Assembly: GCF_000341895.1 (NCBI RefSeq)
Contig: NC_020409.1
Location: 480,001-512,000, forward strand
Direction: 5' to 3'
From: Pseudodesulfovibrio piezophilus C1TLV30
GTDB taxonomy: Bacteria > Desulfobacterota > Desulfovibrionia > Desulfovibrionales > Desulfovibrionaceae
DNA: 32,000 nucleotides
A model generated the notes under the pieces. It saw nothing but the letters and a program-made list of their open reading frames with translations, was not told the origin of the DNA and did no database searches. Positions within the stretch are counted from its first letter, which is position 1. The number at the start of each line of letters is the position of its first letter. Positions 17,424 to 25,515 of the stretch are shown here, in pieces. The position numbers and the translations under genes were made by a program.

Positions 17424-17437
17424 ATGACTTAGGTCAA
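17424..17437. promoter_or_regulatory. FNR-type box ATGAC-TTAG-GTCAA in the divergent intergenic region
   Basis: Inverted repeat TGAC-N4-GTCA, with 9 of 10 half-site positions matching a TTGAC-N4-GTCAA variant of the FNR consensus TTGAT-N4-ATCAA. It lies 51 bp from the operon start codon and 40 bp from the regulator start codon. The adjacent regulator has an FNR-like E--SR recognition helix. Confidence 0.4.
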
Positions 17438-17476
17438 CTTATTCGAAGTATAACTTGTTTTTGGAGATACAAACGT

Positions 17477-18151
17477 ATGAATAAAATTGAGGCAGTAAAA
17501 TCTGTCATGTTTTTCGAGGGATTGCCTGATGAAAAATTTAATAAACTTGCAGAAATATCTATTCTGAAGCGGTATGGGAAAGGGCAAATCCTCTTTGAGG
17601 CGGATATTCCTGCCCATGGATTTTTTGCTCCAATCAAAGGGCGAGTCAAAATTTTTAGAACTTCGCCTTCTGGCAAAGAACAGATTCTCCATATTTTTGG
17701 GCCTGGAGAAGCTTTTGGTGAAGTTCCAGTTTTTGAAGGAGGAACATTTCCCGCTCACGCTCAAGCTATCGAAGAATGTGAAGCGCTTTTTTTCCCCCGC
17801 CAGGACTTTGAAAATATGATCAAAGCTGATCCGGATCTTGCTATGAAAATGATGGCAATGCTATCACAGAAACTTCGAATTCTAGTCAATAAAATTGACG
17901 ATCTCAGTTTAAAAGAAGCTCCTTCACGTGTCGCTTCCTACCTTCTTCTCCTACGATCGTCGCAAGAGTCTGATACCTTCAAACTTGACCTCCCCAAAGG
18001 ACAGATAGCGTTTTATCTTGGAACTATTCAGGAAACTCTTTCGCGTATTTTCAAACGTTTTACCGAACAAGGAATAATAGACATCAATGGGAAGAAAATA
18101 ACCATTCTTGATATTGAACAACTTCAAGAGTTGGCAAGCGAAGGGAAATAA
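17477..18151 (+). CDS. CRP/FNR-family transcriptional regulator (HcpR-like, with no N-terminal Cys cluster)
   Basis: cNMP-binding-like beta-roll (GQILFEADIPAHGFFAPIKGRVKIF, GPGEAFGEVPVFEGG) and a C-terminal HTH (GQIAFYLGTIQETLSRIFKRF). I place the start at the ATG at 17477, about 10 nt after GGAG. The track start at 17372 overlaps the divergent gene. Confidence 0.85.
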   Translation: MNKIEAVKSVMFFEGLPDEKFNKLAEISILKRYGKGQILFEADIPAHGFFAPIKGRVKIFRTSPSGKEQILHIFGPGEAFGEVPVFEGGTFPAHAQAIEECEALFFPRQDFENMIKADPDLAMKMMAMLSQKLRILVNKIDDLSLKEAPSRVASYLLLLRSSQESDTFKLDLPKGQIAFYLGTIQETLSRIFKRFTEQGIIDINGKKITILDIEQLQELASEGK

Positions 18152-18170
18152 ATACCTTTATAAACAGCAC

Positions 18171-18200
18171 AAAAGCCCGCCACACAAAGTGTGGCGGGCT
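18171..18200 (-). terminator. Terminator hairpin AGCCCGCCACAC-AAA-GTGTGGCGGGCT between the convergent regulator gene and rpsT
   Basis: 12-bp perfect stem at 18174-18200. In the minus sense it is followed by TTTGTGCTGTTT, which serves rpsT. In the plus sense there is an upstream A-run but no T-tract. Confidence 0.7.
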
Positions 18201-18226
18201 ACATAATCTGCAGCGATCAGATGAAA

Positions 18227-18493
18227 CTAGGCTTCAATCTTATTGATAGCAGTCTGAAGACGAGAGATACGTCGTTCTGCCTGACGAGCGTGAATAACCT
18301 TTTTGCGGGCAGCTCTATCAAGAATGGAGCTCGCTTCTTTCAGGGCCTCTTGAGCTTTTGCAACGTCCTTCTCCTCAATGGCAACACGAACAGCCTTAAC
18401 GGTGTTCTTGATACGTGTCTTGGAAATACGGTTACGGGCGCGACGCTTCAAGCTCTGACGGTGCCTTTTGAGGGCGGACTTGTGATTAGCCAA
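18227..18493 (-). CDS. rpsT: 30S ribosomal protein S20
   Basis: MANHKSALKRHRQSLKRRARN... is a basic 88-aa protein with the canonical S20 N-terminus. Confidence 0.95.
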   Translation of the reverse strand: MANHKSALKRHRQSLKRRARNRISKTRIKNTVKAVRVAIEEKDVAKAQEALKEASSILDRAARKKVIHARQAERRISRLQTAINKIEA

Positions 18494-18566
18494 AGTAATT
18501 TCTCCTGATCAATTTTTTATCGTATTAAAAAGCTTTTGTTTTTTATTCTTCCCAAAGGGAGAGCTT

Positions 18567-18594
18567 TTTATATGGACTCTCTCTCTGATGTCAA
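18567..18594 (-). promoter_or_regulatory. Sigma-70-type promoter for rpsT (-35 TTGACA, 16-bp spacer, -10 TATAAA)
   Basis: On the minus strand, TTGACA is at 18594-18589 and TATAAA at 18572-18567. This is about 75 bp upstream of the rpsT ATG and immediately after the glyS stop. Confidence 0.5.
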
Positions 18595-18601
18595 GACTTT
18601 T

Positions 18602-20713
18602 TTATACTTGTAACGCATTGAAGTCGGCAAGCCGCCCCAATTTATTAACAAGTGCCTTCAGTAAATTCAGTCGGTTGAGACGAATATCAACATCATCACA
18701 CATAACCATGACATTCTCAAAAAAGCTGTCAACCGAGGGGCGCAACTCCCGGAGAAGCCCCATCAAGCCTGAAAAATCAGCAGCTTGCCACAACTCATCA
18801 AAGTGAGGCAGGATTTCATCCAACTTATTGCCAAAGTTACTTTCATGTTCATCTTCAAACAATTCAGGATCATAAAAACCCGTTAAGGTTTGCCCTGCTT
18901 CATCGCCCTGTTTTCGAATGATATTAGCTGCTCTTTTGAATGTCAAAACAGCCTGCTCAAAATCATCCTCTTGAGTAAATACACCTAAAGCCTCCAGGCG
19001 TGCTTTAAGCGTGCATATATCATTAAATCCTGCTCCTAGTGCAGCATTCACTGCTCTAGAGTCGAATCCTTGACCAATAAAGAATGCGCGAAGGCGCTGT
19101 TCAAAGAAAGAAACAAGATTATTCACTGATTCATCAGGAGTTACTTTCCATTTTATATTTTTCCCATAAGCAGCTTGGGATATTTTGAGGAATGCTTCCA
19201 GATCTATGTCCAAATTATGATCCATGATAATTCGTGCAATACCAATTGCACATCGACGTAAGGCATAAGGATCATTGGCTCCTTTGGGGCTTTTTCCTAG
19301 CCCAAAGCATCCAACAAGAGTATCCATCTTATCTGCGATGGAAACAAGTGCACCCGATAAGCTTGGGGGAACTGAAGTATCTGGGCCAGCAGGGAGATAG
19401 TGCTCATATATTCCCTTTGAAACTATTTCCCCTTTCCCCGAACGCTCCGCGTAAATCCCCCCCATTTTTCCCTGCAGGGAATCAAACTCTATGACCATTT
19501 CAGAAACAAGGTCAGCTTTGGCCAAACGTCCAGCTGCTCGATATTTTTCTATTTCTCCAGGGAGAATGGATTTGGACTGATCAAGAACCTCAGCCAATTT
19601 TCCACAGAGCTTTTCCATGCGTCGGGATTTATCACCAACAGATCCAAGGGGGCCGAGAAAAACCACATTTTCAAGTTTATCAAGCCACGTTTGAAAATCC
19701 ACTTTGCAATCTGCTTCCCAGAAAAAACGGGCATCTTCCAAACGAGCCTTGAGAACCCTTTCCCACCCTTTTTTCACAAGAGCTATATTCGTTGGTTCAA
19801 GATTGAGCGTCGTTAAAAAATAGGGCAGGAGATTCCCTTGAGAATCTTCAACACCAAAGCTTTTCTGGTGTGATTGCATGGAAGTCAAAAGAACTTCCCG
19901 AGGGAGTTCTAAATAGAGTCGGTCTATATCGCCTATAAGAGGGTTGGGGAACTCAATAAGATTTGCTACTTCTTCCAATAAACTATCATCCCAGACAATT
20001 TTCCCACCAAGTTTGTGTGCAAGCTTATTGCCGCAACGTACAATAGCTTCCTGGCGGTCTTGGGGATCAATGATAACGTTACAGTCCTGCTTGATAACGT
20101 CAAAATAGTCTTTAGCTGACTGAATAGCAAAAGGGCCAGCTCCCATAACTCGATGCCCACGAGTTTCGCGTCCGGAAGCCATGTTTTCCACGGAAAATTC
20201 AACGATAGTCTCATCAAAAAGTGCTAACAGCCATCGGATGGGACGACCAAAGGTGAAATTAAAATCTCCCCAACTCATTTTCTTTGGAAAAGTCAGTGAA
20301 TTCAAAGCTTCCAAACAGAGACTGGGTAAGACGTCAAGGGTTTTCCTACCGCCCACGGTTTTCTTTGCGGCAAGATACTCCCCTTTTCCTGTATCTATTT
20401 TAAAAAGAGCCTTTGTGTCCACACCTTGTGTCTTGGCAAAGCCTCCCCCAGCTTTCGTGAGGTTACCCTCTGCATCAAAGGCTATACGAGCAGGAGGCCC
20501 AGTAACGGTTTCTTCTTCTCGACGCTGTGTCTCAGCAATAGAAACAACGTGCGCGGTAATGCGTCTGGGAGTTGCATAGGTTGAAACACCATTATGGTGC
20601 ACCATTGCTTCATCAAGGAGTTTGACAAAACTTTCTTTTAACTCAGATGCCAACCGGGGGACAAACCGGGCAGGCATTTCCTCGGTTCCGATTTCCAATA
20701 TGAATTCGGCCAT
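18602..20713 (-). CDS. glyS: Glycine--tRNA ligase beta subunit
   Basis: The N-terminus MAEFILEIGTEEMPARF, the about 700-aa length and the position downstream of glyQ are typical of GlyS. Confidence 0.93.
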   Translation of the reverse strand: MAEFILEIGTEEMPARFVPRLASELKESFVKLLDEAMVHHNGVSTYATPRRITAHVVSIAETQRREEETVTGPPARIAFDAEGNLTKAGGGFAKTQGVDTKALFKIDTGKGEYLAAKKTVGGRKTLDVLPSLCLEALNSLTFPKKMSWGDFNFTFGRPIRWLLALFDETIVEFSVENMASGRETRGHRVMGAGPFAIQSAKDYFDVIKQDCNVIIDPQDRQEAIVRCGNKLAHKLGGKIVWDDSLLEEVANLIEFPNPLIGDIDRLYLELPREVLLTSMQSHQKSFGVEDSQGNLLPYFLTTLNLEPTNIALVKKGWERVLKARLEDARFFWEADCKVDFQTWLDKLENVVFLGPLGSVGDKSRRMEKLCGKLAEVLDQSKSILPGEIEKYRAAGRLAKADLVSEMVIEFDSLQGKMGGIYAERSGKGEIVSKGIYEHYLPAGPDTSVPPSLSGALVSIADKMDTLVGCFGLGKSPKGANDPYALRRCAIGIARIIMDHNLDIDLEAFLKISQAAYGKNIKWKVTPDESVNNLVSFFEQRLRAFFIGQGFDSRAVNAALGAGFNDICTLKARLEALGVFTQEDDFEQAVLTFKRAANIIRKQGDEAGQTLTGFYDPELFEDEHESNFGNKLDEILPHFDELWQAADFSGLMGLLRELRPSVDSFFENVMVMCDDVDIRLNRLNLLKALVNKLGRLADFNALQV

Positions 20714-20752
20714 GCTTATTCTCTTTTTTTCTCTGATTCTAATCTGTAACGC

Positions 20753-21622
20753 TTATTTTCCCAACATGGGGTATCCCATTTCTTGACGCTGATCAGCATA
20801 AAGACGGGCTATTTGTGATGCTAAGTTTCGTACACGTCCAATGTAGGTTGCGCGTTCCGTGATGGAAATGGCCCCACGCGCATCAAGCATATTGAAAGAG
20901 TGTGAACACTTGAGACAACAATCGTAAGCAGGCCAAGGAAGTCCTTCTTCGCATAAGTTCAGGCATTCTGCTTCAAACTTATTAAAGAGATCAAATAACA
21001 TATCTGCGTTGGAAAGTTCAAAATTATACTTGGACATCTCTATTTCATTCTGGTGAAACACATGTCCGTAAGTAATGGTATCATTCCACTTCAGGTCATA
21101 TACTGATTCTTTTTCCTGTAAGTACATCGAAATACGTTCTAAGCCATACGTGATTTCAACTGATACGGGTTTGAGGTCAATACCTCCAACCTGCTGAAAA
21201 TATGTAAACTGTGTTACTTCCATGCCATTAAGCCAAACTTCCCAGCCAAGTCCCCATGCTCCTAATGTCGGAGACTCCCAATCATCTTCGACAAATCTGA
21301 TATCGTGCGCCTTTGCATCAATTCCCAAAGTGGCTAAGCTTTGAAGGTAGAGTTCCTGAACGTTATCAGGAGAAGGCTTCAGAATGACTTGAAATTGATA
21401 GTAATGCTGCAAGCGATTGGGATTCTCACCATAACGGCCATCTGTAGGCCTTCGTGAAGGTTCGACATATGCCGTTTTCCAAGGCTCCGGCCCAATAACC
21501 CGAAAAAAAGTTGAAGGATTGAATGTACCAGCCCCACATTCAATATCCATCGGCTGAACAACAGCACATCCGTAGTCCGCCCAAAAATTCTGAAGTTTTA
21601 ATATAACATCCTGAAAATTCAT
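20753..21622 (-). CDS. glyQ: Glycine--tRNA ligase alpha subunit
   Basis: [19 protein letters not shown]..., [26 protein letters not shown] and [22 protein letters not shown] are highly conserved GlyQ sequences. Confidence 0.95.
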   Translation of the reverse strand: MNFQDVILKLQNFWADYGCAVVQPMDIECGAGTFNPSTFFRVIGPEPWKTAYVEPSRRPTDGRYGENPNRLQHYYQFQVILKPSPDNVQELYLQSLATLGIDAKAHDIRFVEDDWESPTLGAWGLGWEVWLNGMEVTQFTYFQQVGGIDLKPVSVEITYGLERISMYLQEKESVYDLKWNDTITYGHVFHQNEIEMSKYNFELSNADMLFDLFNKFEAECLNLCEEGLPWPAYDCCLKCSHSFNMLDARGAISITERATYIGRVRNLASQIARLYADQRQEMGYPMLGK

Positions 21623-21635
21623 CAGCTACTCCAAC

Positions 21636-22394
21636 TCATACCTTTTTATACATACCATTTTCCCAAGACAAGCCTAGGTGATAGGCAACGAACAACTCAA
21701 CCAATTGACTTACCTGGCGTCGGACCTTGCTATCCATACCAACAGAAATCCAGTCCGCAGGTGAGCTTTGCTGAATCCAGTCAAGGGCTCGCAAGGTTCC
21801 GGTAGAAATAGGTCGAGCAAGTCCATCTAACGGTTTCCCGCCTGAAAGACAAGTCGGACAGGCTACCTGCCCTTTTTCGATGCCAAATTGAAAACCTTTT
21901 TTTGTACAAACAAAGCTTCCACAACATCCACAATGCAAAAAATCAGGTAAAAATCCCATCTCAAAAGTAAATTTTGCACGAAAAAGCCAAGGAATAAAAT
22001 CGAGAGCGCCATCACTACTATCGAGCATCTTCATGGTCTCCAACAACAATGAATATGTCTCTTTCCCATCGAATGGGCCTACTTCAACTGCTTCTACAAA
22101 TTTGATACAATTGACGGCTATTCCTGTTTTTATCGGATTTTGTCGAATGGTAGGATAATTATAAAGAAGTGAACCTTCTTCGAGAACAATGTAATCACTG
22201 CGCCGACTCTCCCCTATGGTGAAGAGTACATGGCTGAGAGGATCAAGACAACCGACAAACCTTCGTCGACTCCTACTTCCGCCAAAAGCAAATGCATTGA
22301 AAATTCCACGTGAAGCAGTCAGCAGTTTGACCCATACATCAGCTTCCCGAAAGCGCCCGACCTTCAGAACAAGCGCTTTTTCGGTGACACTCAT
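21636..22394 (-). CDS. recO: DNA repair protein RecO
   Basis: N-terminal OB-fold pattern (EKALVLKVGRFREADVWVKLLT), a central Cys cluster (CGCCG...CPTC) and a typical length of about 250 aa. Confidence 0.8.
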   Translation of the reverse strand: MSVTEKALVLKVGRFREADVWVKLLTASRGIFNAFAFGGSRSRRRFVGCLDPLSHVLFTIGESRRSDYIVLEEGSLLYNYPTIRQNPIKTGIAVNCIKFVEAVEVGPFDGKETYSLLLETMKMLDSSDGALDFIPWLFRAKFTFEMGFLPDFLHCGCCGSFVCTKKGFQFGIEKGQVACPTCLSGGKPLDGLARPISTGTLRALDWIQQSSPADWISVGMDSKVRRQVSQLVELFVAYHLGLSWENGMYKKV

Positions 22395-22431
22395 GCCAGT
22401 CCTCGCTCTTAGTCATTAGTCTCTCTACTTT

Positions 22432-23436
22432 TTATTCCATTCCAAAGCGCAGGGTCTGAATATTCCCTTTGGCATTGTCGAGAGGATATGGTTTCCCATT
22501 GTATAAGACTGTCACTCCTGCTGCATTGCCAATACGAATTCGACGTGGATTATTGAACATGAGACGAAGCGGTTCGCCCTTCTTCAAGACAAAATCTCTT
22601 GCCATATTGGTCTCATCCCCCTTCCACAATCCAATCCAACACCCTTTGTTTGTCGTAGCTCTAATGATCAATATATGATCATACTTTTGCTTTTCGTGTG
22701 AAATTCCGGAATCCATTTCATCAGAATCTACGACAGTGTTCTCAACTTCTTTACTAACGTCTGTCGCATCAGTCTCAACTTCAGCAAGTGAAGACTGGGC
22801 TTCTTCTTGAACAGGAGGGATCTGCTCTTGAGCTTTGCCCTGGCTTGCTTCATTTTGAGTTTGCGAAACAAGCTCACCCACTTCAGCACCCTCTGTCCCC
22901 TCATCTAATTCTTGGATAGGTTGAAGATTCTGATCTTCTTCAACTTCAGGGGCAGGCATAGTTGTTTTCTCAGGTGAAACTGCTTGTTCCGATTGGATCA
23001 CGCTTGCGATATCGTCATCAGAATCTTTTCCTTTGAAATTCATGAGTAACAAAACCACCACGCCAATCAGAAAAATTGCGACGAGTATGAGTGGCCAAAC
23101 AGACTTCCTTTTGGACTCAAGAGAGTCTCCATCCTGAAAGGCTCTTTCAGCTGCTGGTGACACTTCATAAATATGTTCTTCTGGCCCATCGGCCTCATCC
23201 TGATACTCTCGATCCACAATCATCGACAATTCATCCGCATCAAGACCGAGGTACCGAGCGTAACTCTTCACAAATCCTTTTGCATAAACGGGATGAGGCA
23301 AAGTACCGCGATCTCCACTTTCCATGGCAACAATGTTTGTTCGACTGATCTTGGTCGCTTCCATGACAACGGCAATACTCAGCCCTTTTCGCTCTCGTTC
23401 TTGTTTCAGCGTCAGTCCAAGTTCTTCAAAATTCAT
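22432..23436 (-). CDS. rodZ: RodZ-like cytoskeleton protein (HTH, single TM, acidic linker, DUF4115-like C-terminal domain)
   Basis: XRE-type HTH (LKQERERKGLSIAVVMEATKISRTNIVAMESGD), one TM segment (VWPLILVAIFLIGVVVLLLM), a low-complexity E/Q-rich linker and a C-terminal beta domain (CWIGLWKGDE...GNAAGVTVLYNGKPY). Confidence 0.7.
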   Translation of the reverse strand: MNFEELGLTLKQERERKGLSIAVVMEATKISRTNIVAMESGDRGTLPHPVYAKGFVKSYARYLGLDADELSMIVDREYQDEADGPEEHIYEVSPAAERAFQDGDSLESKRKSVWPLILVAIFLIGVVVLLLMNFKGKDSDDDIASVIQSEQAVSPEKTTMPAPEVEEDQNLQPIQELDEGTEGAEVGELVSQTQNEASQGKAQEQIPPVQEEAQSSLAEVETDATDVSKEVENTVVDSDEMDSGISHEKQKYDHILIIRATTNKGCWIGLWKGDETNMARDFVLKKGEPLRLMFNNPRRIRIGNAAGVTVLYNGKPYPLDNAKGNIQTLRFGME

Positions 23437-23463
23437 CGGGGTCTCCGTGTTACAACCTATGAG

Positions 23464-24402
23464 CTAATCCATGTAGACAATGACTGAACTTTCTTTCAGC
23501 TTGTCGAAGTATTCATCAAAAATTCTTTCTCTTTTTTCATCCATTAACCTCTTGAAAATAGATTCTCGTACCTCTTCGAGAGGGACAAGTCTATCCTCGA
23601 CAATTTTGACAGGGGATAAGAGTGCGCTTTTCCCTTGAATTGATAATGGGCGACTGACACCTCCCTCCTGAATCCCTTTGATGGATTCTTTCCAATCATC
23701 AGCAAGGTCACTCCAATTGACATCTCCAATAGCGCCCCCTTTGTCTTTTCCAGGGCCAATGCTATATTTTTTAGCTGCGTCAGCAAAGGTCAGTTCGCCT
23801 TCTTCAATTCTCTTTTTTACCTCTTGGGCGGAAATATTTTCCGGGAGCATTATAATTGATAATGAAACCAGTTTTCCTAATACATACTCATCGTGTTTGG
23901 CCTCATATTCAGCCTGGATTTCACTATCTGTGACAAGGACTTTGCTGTGCACCATGAAACTGAGCAATTCTTGCTTTTCAATAGCATTTTTCAATTTTGA
24001 TCGAAATTCATCAAGAGTCATTTCATCATGTTTAAGGGTTTCATGAAACTCTTTATCCGTGAGTCCCCGTTCCTGTTTGAATTTCGCAAGTTCATTATCA
24101 ACGACATTCTCTGAAACATTAATTTCAAATTTCTTGATTTCCTGCGCCATGAGTTTATTGCTGACCATCCTTTCGAGCATCTGCTTACGAAGTTTGACCA
24201 TCTGCTCTTGTTCGGCTGCCGTCAGGTGTATTTCGCCTATTTTTGCGAGAATCGGCTTCATTTCTTCATCAAGATCATATTGAGTAATGATGTCATCATT
24301 TATTTTTACGAGGATTCGATCAAAAACAACCTCTTCTGCGAAAGCTTGATGGGGAAGTGCCAAAAACACGGTCCCAATCAAAAAAAACAAAAATCGCAAC
24401 AC
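23464..24402 (-). CDS. Periplasmic SurA-like chaperone / parvulin-type peptidyl-prolyl isomerase
   Basis: GTG start 7 nt after AAGGAG. Signal peptide MLRFLFFLIGTVFLALPHQAFA, a SurA-N-like helical domain and a parvulin domain (FADAAKKYSIGPGKDKGGAIGDV...GGVSRPL). Confidence 0.75.
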   Translation of the reverse strand: MLRFLFFLIGTVFLALPHQAFAEEVVFDRILVKINDDIITQYDLDEEMKPILAKIGEIHLTAAEQEQMVKLRKQMLERMVSNKLMAQEIKKFEINVSENVVDNELAKFKQERGLTDKEFHETLKHDEMTLDEFRSKLKNAIEKQELLSFMVHSKVLVTDSEIQAEYEAKHDEYVLGKLVSLSIIMLPENISAQEVKKRIEEGELTFADAAKKYSIGPGKDKGGAIGDVNWSDLADDWKESIKGIQEGGVSRPLSIQGKSALLSPVKIVEDRLVPLEEVRESIFKRLMDEKRERIFDEYFDKLKESSVIVYMD

Positions 24403-24501
24403 AGAAAACTCCTTGAAATTCCAATTTACGGAATTTTACTTATCATTTTTTTGACGAATAATAGTCTCTTTACTTAAACTATGCAACGAGATGAACTTCC
24501 C

Positions 24502-25497
24502 TTACTCAGTGCCATTTGGGGCAGCATTCAAAGCATCTTGAGCCTCAAGAAGATCATTTGGACTATCACGAACCTCATCTGATTGATGTTCTTGCAAAAG
24601 ATGGCTACTCACTAATATATTTGCCGATGCGATACTTTTGGTTAACCAGTTCTCAAAAGCATCATGGAGTTTGTTTTCAAGAAGAGCTTTTTCGACCAAA
24701 GGATACGCCTGGGCTGGTGCAAGTACCTTCGCAGGACTTTTTTCGAGGAGAACTAAGGCCTCAAAACCAAATCTATCTGTTAAAACTCCACTCGACTGTC
24801 CGACTTTCAAATCAGAAATGGCATTCTTCCATGTTGCGGAAAGTCTGCCCTCACGAACAACGACTTCTCTTGTCTCAACCTCGCCGAATACGGTGGCAAG
24901 ACCAGCATGTTTTTTTTCCTTCATGAATTTTTCTACGGCTTTACCGACAATCTCACGGCTGGGACCTCGAACAACAAGAATTCGCAAACTTTCAGGAAGA
25001 TAAAAATCGGAAATATGTTCACGATAATAGTTTTCCGCTTCTTTATAATCTATTTTGATTTGTGGTCTCAGTACTTGTTGGAAAAACTTTTTCATTGCAA
25101 GATAATTTCTTAACTGCTTTCTCCATGCTTTTAAATCAATGTATTCCTCAACCAGCATTTGATCAAAAGCCCCTTCAGGATAGTCCGCACGGACAGTTTC
25201 TTCCTCGTTGAGCAATTCCTGCTCAGTAACAGGAAGGTCCCGTCGAGTGAGTTCTTGAACAACCAGTTCTTGAACAATCAAATCTGTAAGGATTTCACCA
25301 TATTCTTCTTTAAGTTTTTCAACACTGGGGACATACGTTCCGGCTGTATCTGCCTGAAATTGGTCGTGCTGAAATTCGAGTTGGGATAAGTAGATTGGTG
25401 CATCATTCACACGGGCGATAATTCCCATGTCATCAGCATCATTACTGCATCCGCAGACTAAAAAAGCCATTATGCACAATAGTATTTTGTATTTCAT
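24502..25497 (-). CDS. Lipoprotein with a SurA-N-like domain and a degenerate parvulin (PpiC-type) domain
   Basis: Lipobox LVCGCS at the N-terminus. The domain layout parallels the downstream gene. Confidence 0.6.
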   Translation of the reverse strand: MKYKILLCIMAFLVCGCSNDADDMGIIARVNDAPIYLSQLEFQHDQFQADTAGTYVPSVEKLKEEYGEILTDLIVQELVVQELTRRDLPVTEQELLNEEETVRADYPEGAFDQMLVEEYIDLKAWRKQLRNYLAMKKFFQQVLRPQIKIDYKEAENYYREHISDFYLPESLRILVVRGPSREIVGKAVEKFMKEKKHAGLATVFGEVETREVVVREGRLSATWKNAISDLKVGQSSGVLTDRFGFEALVLLEKSPAKVLAPAQAYPLVEKALLENKLHDAFENWLTKSIASANILVSSHLLQEHQSDEVRDSPNDLLEAQDALNAAPNGTE

Positions 25498-25515
25498 TAT
25501 TCTCTCTTCTACTCT

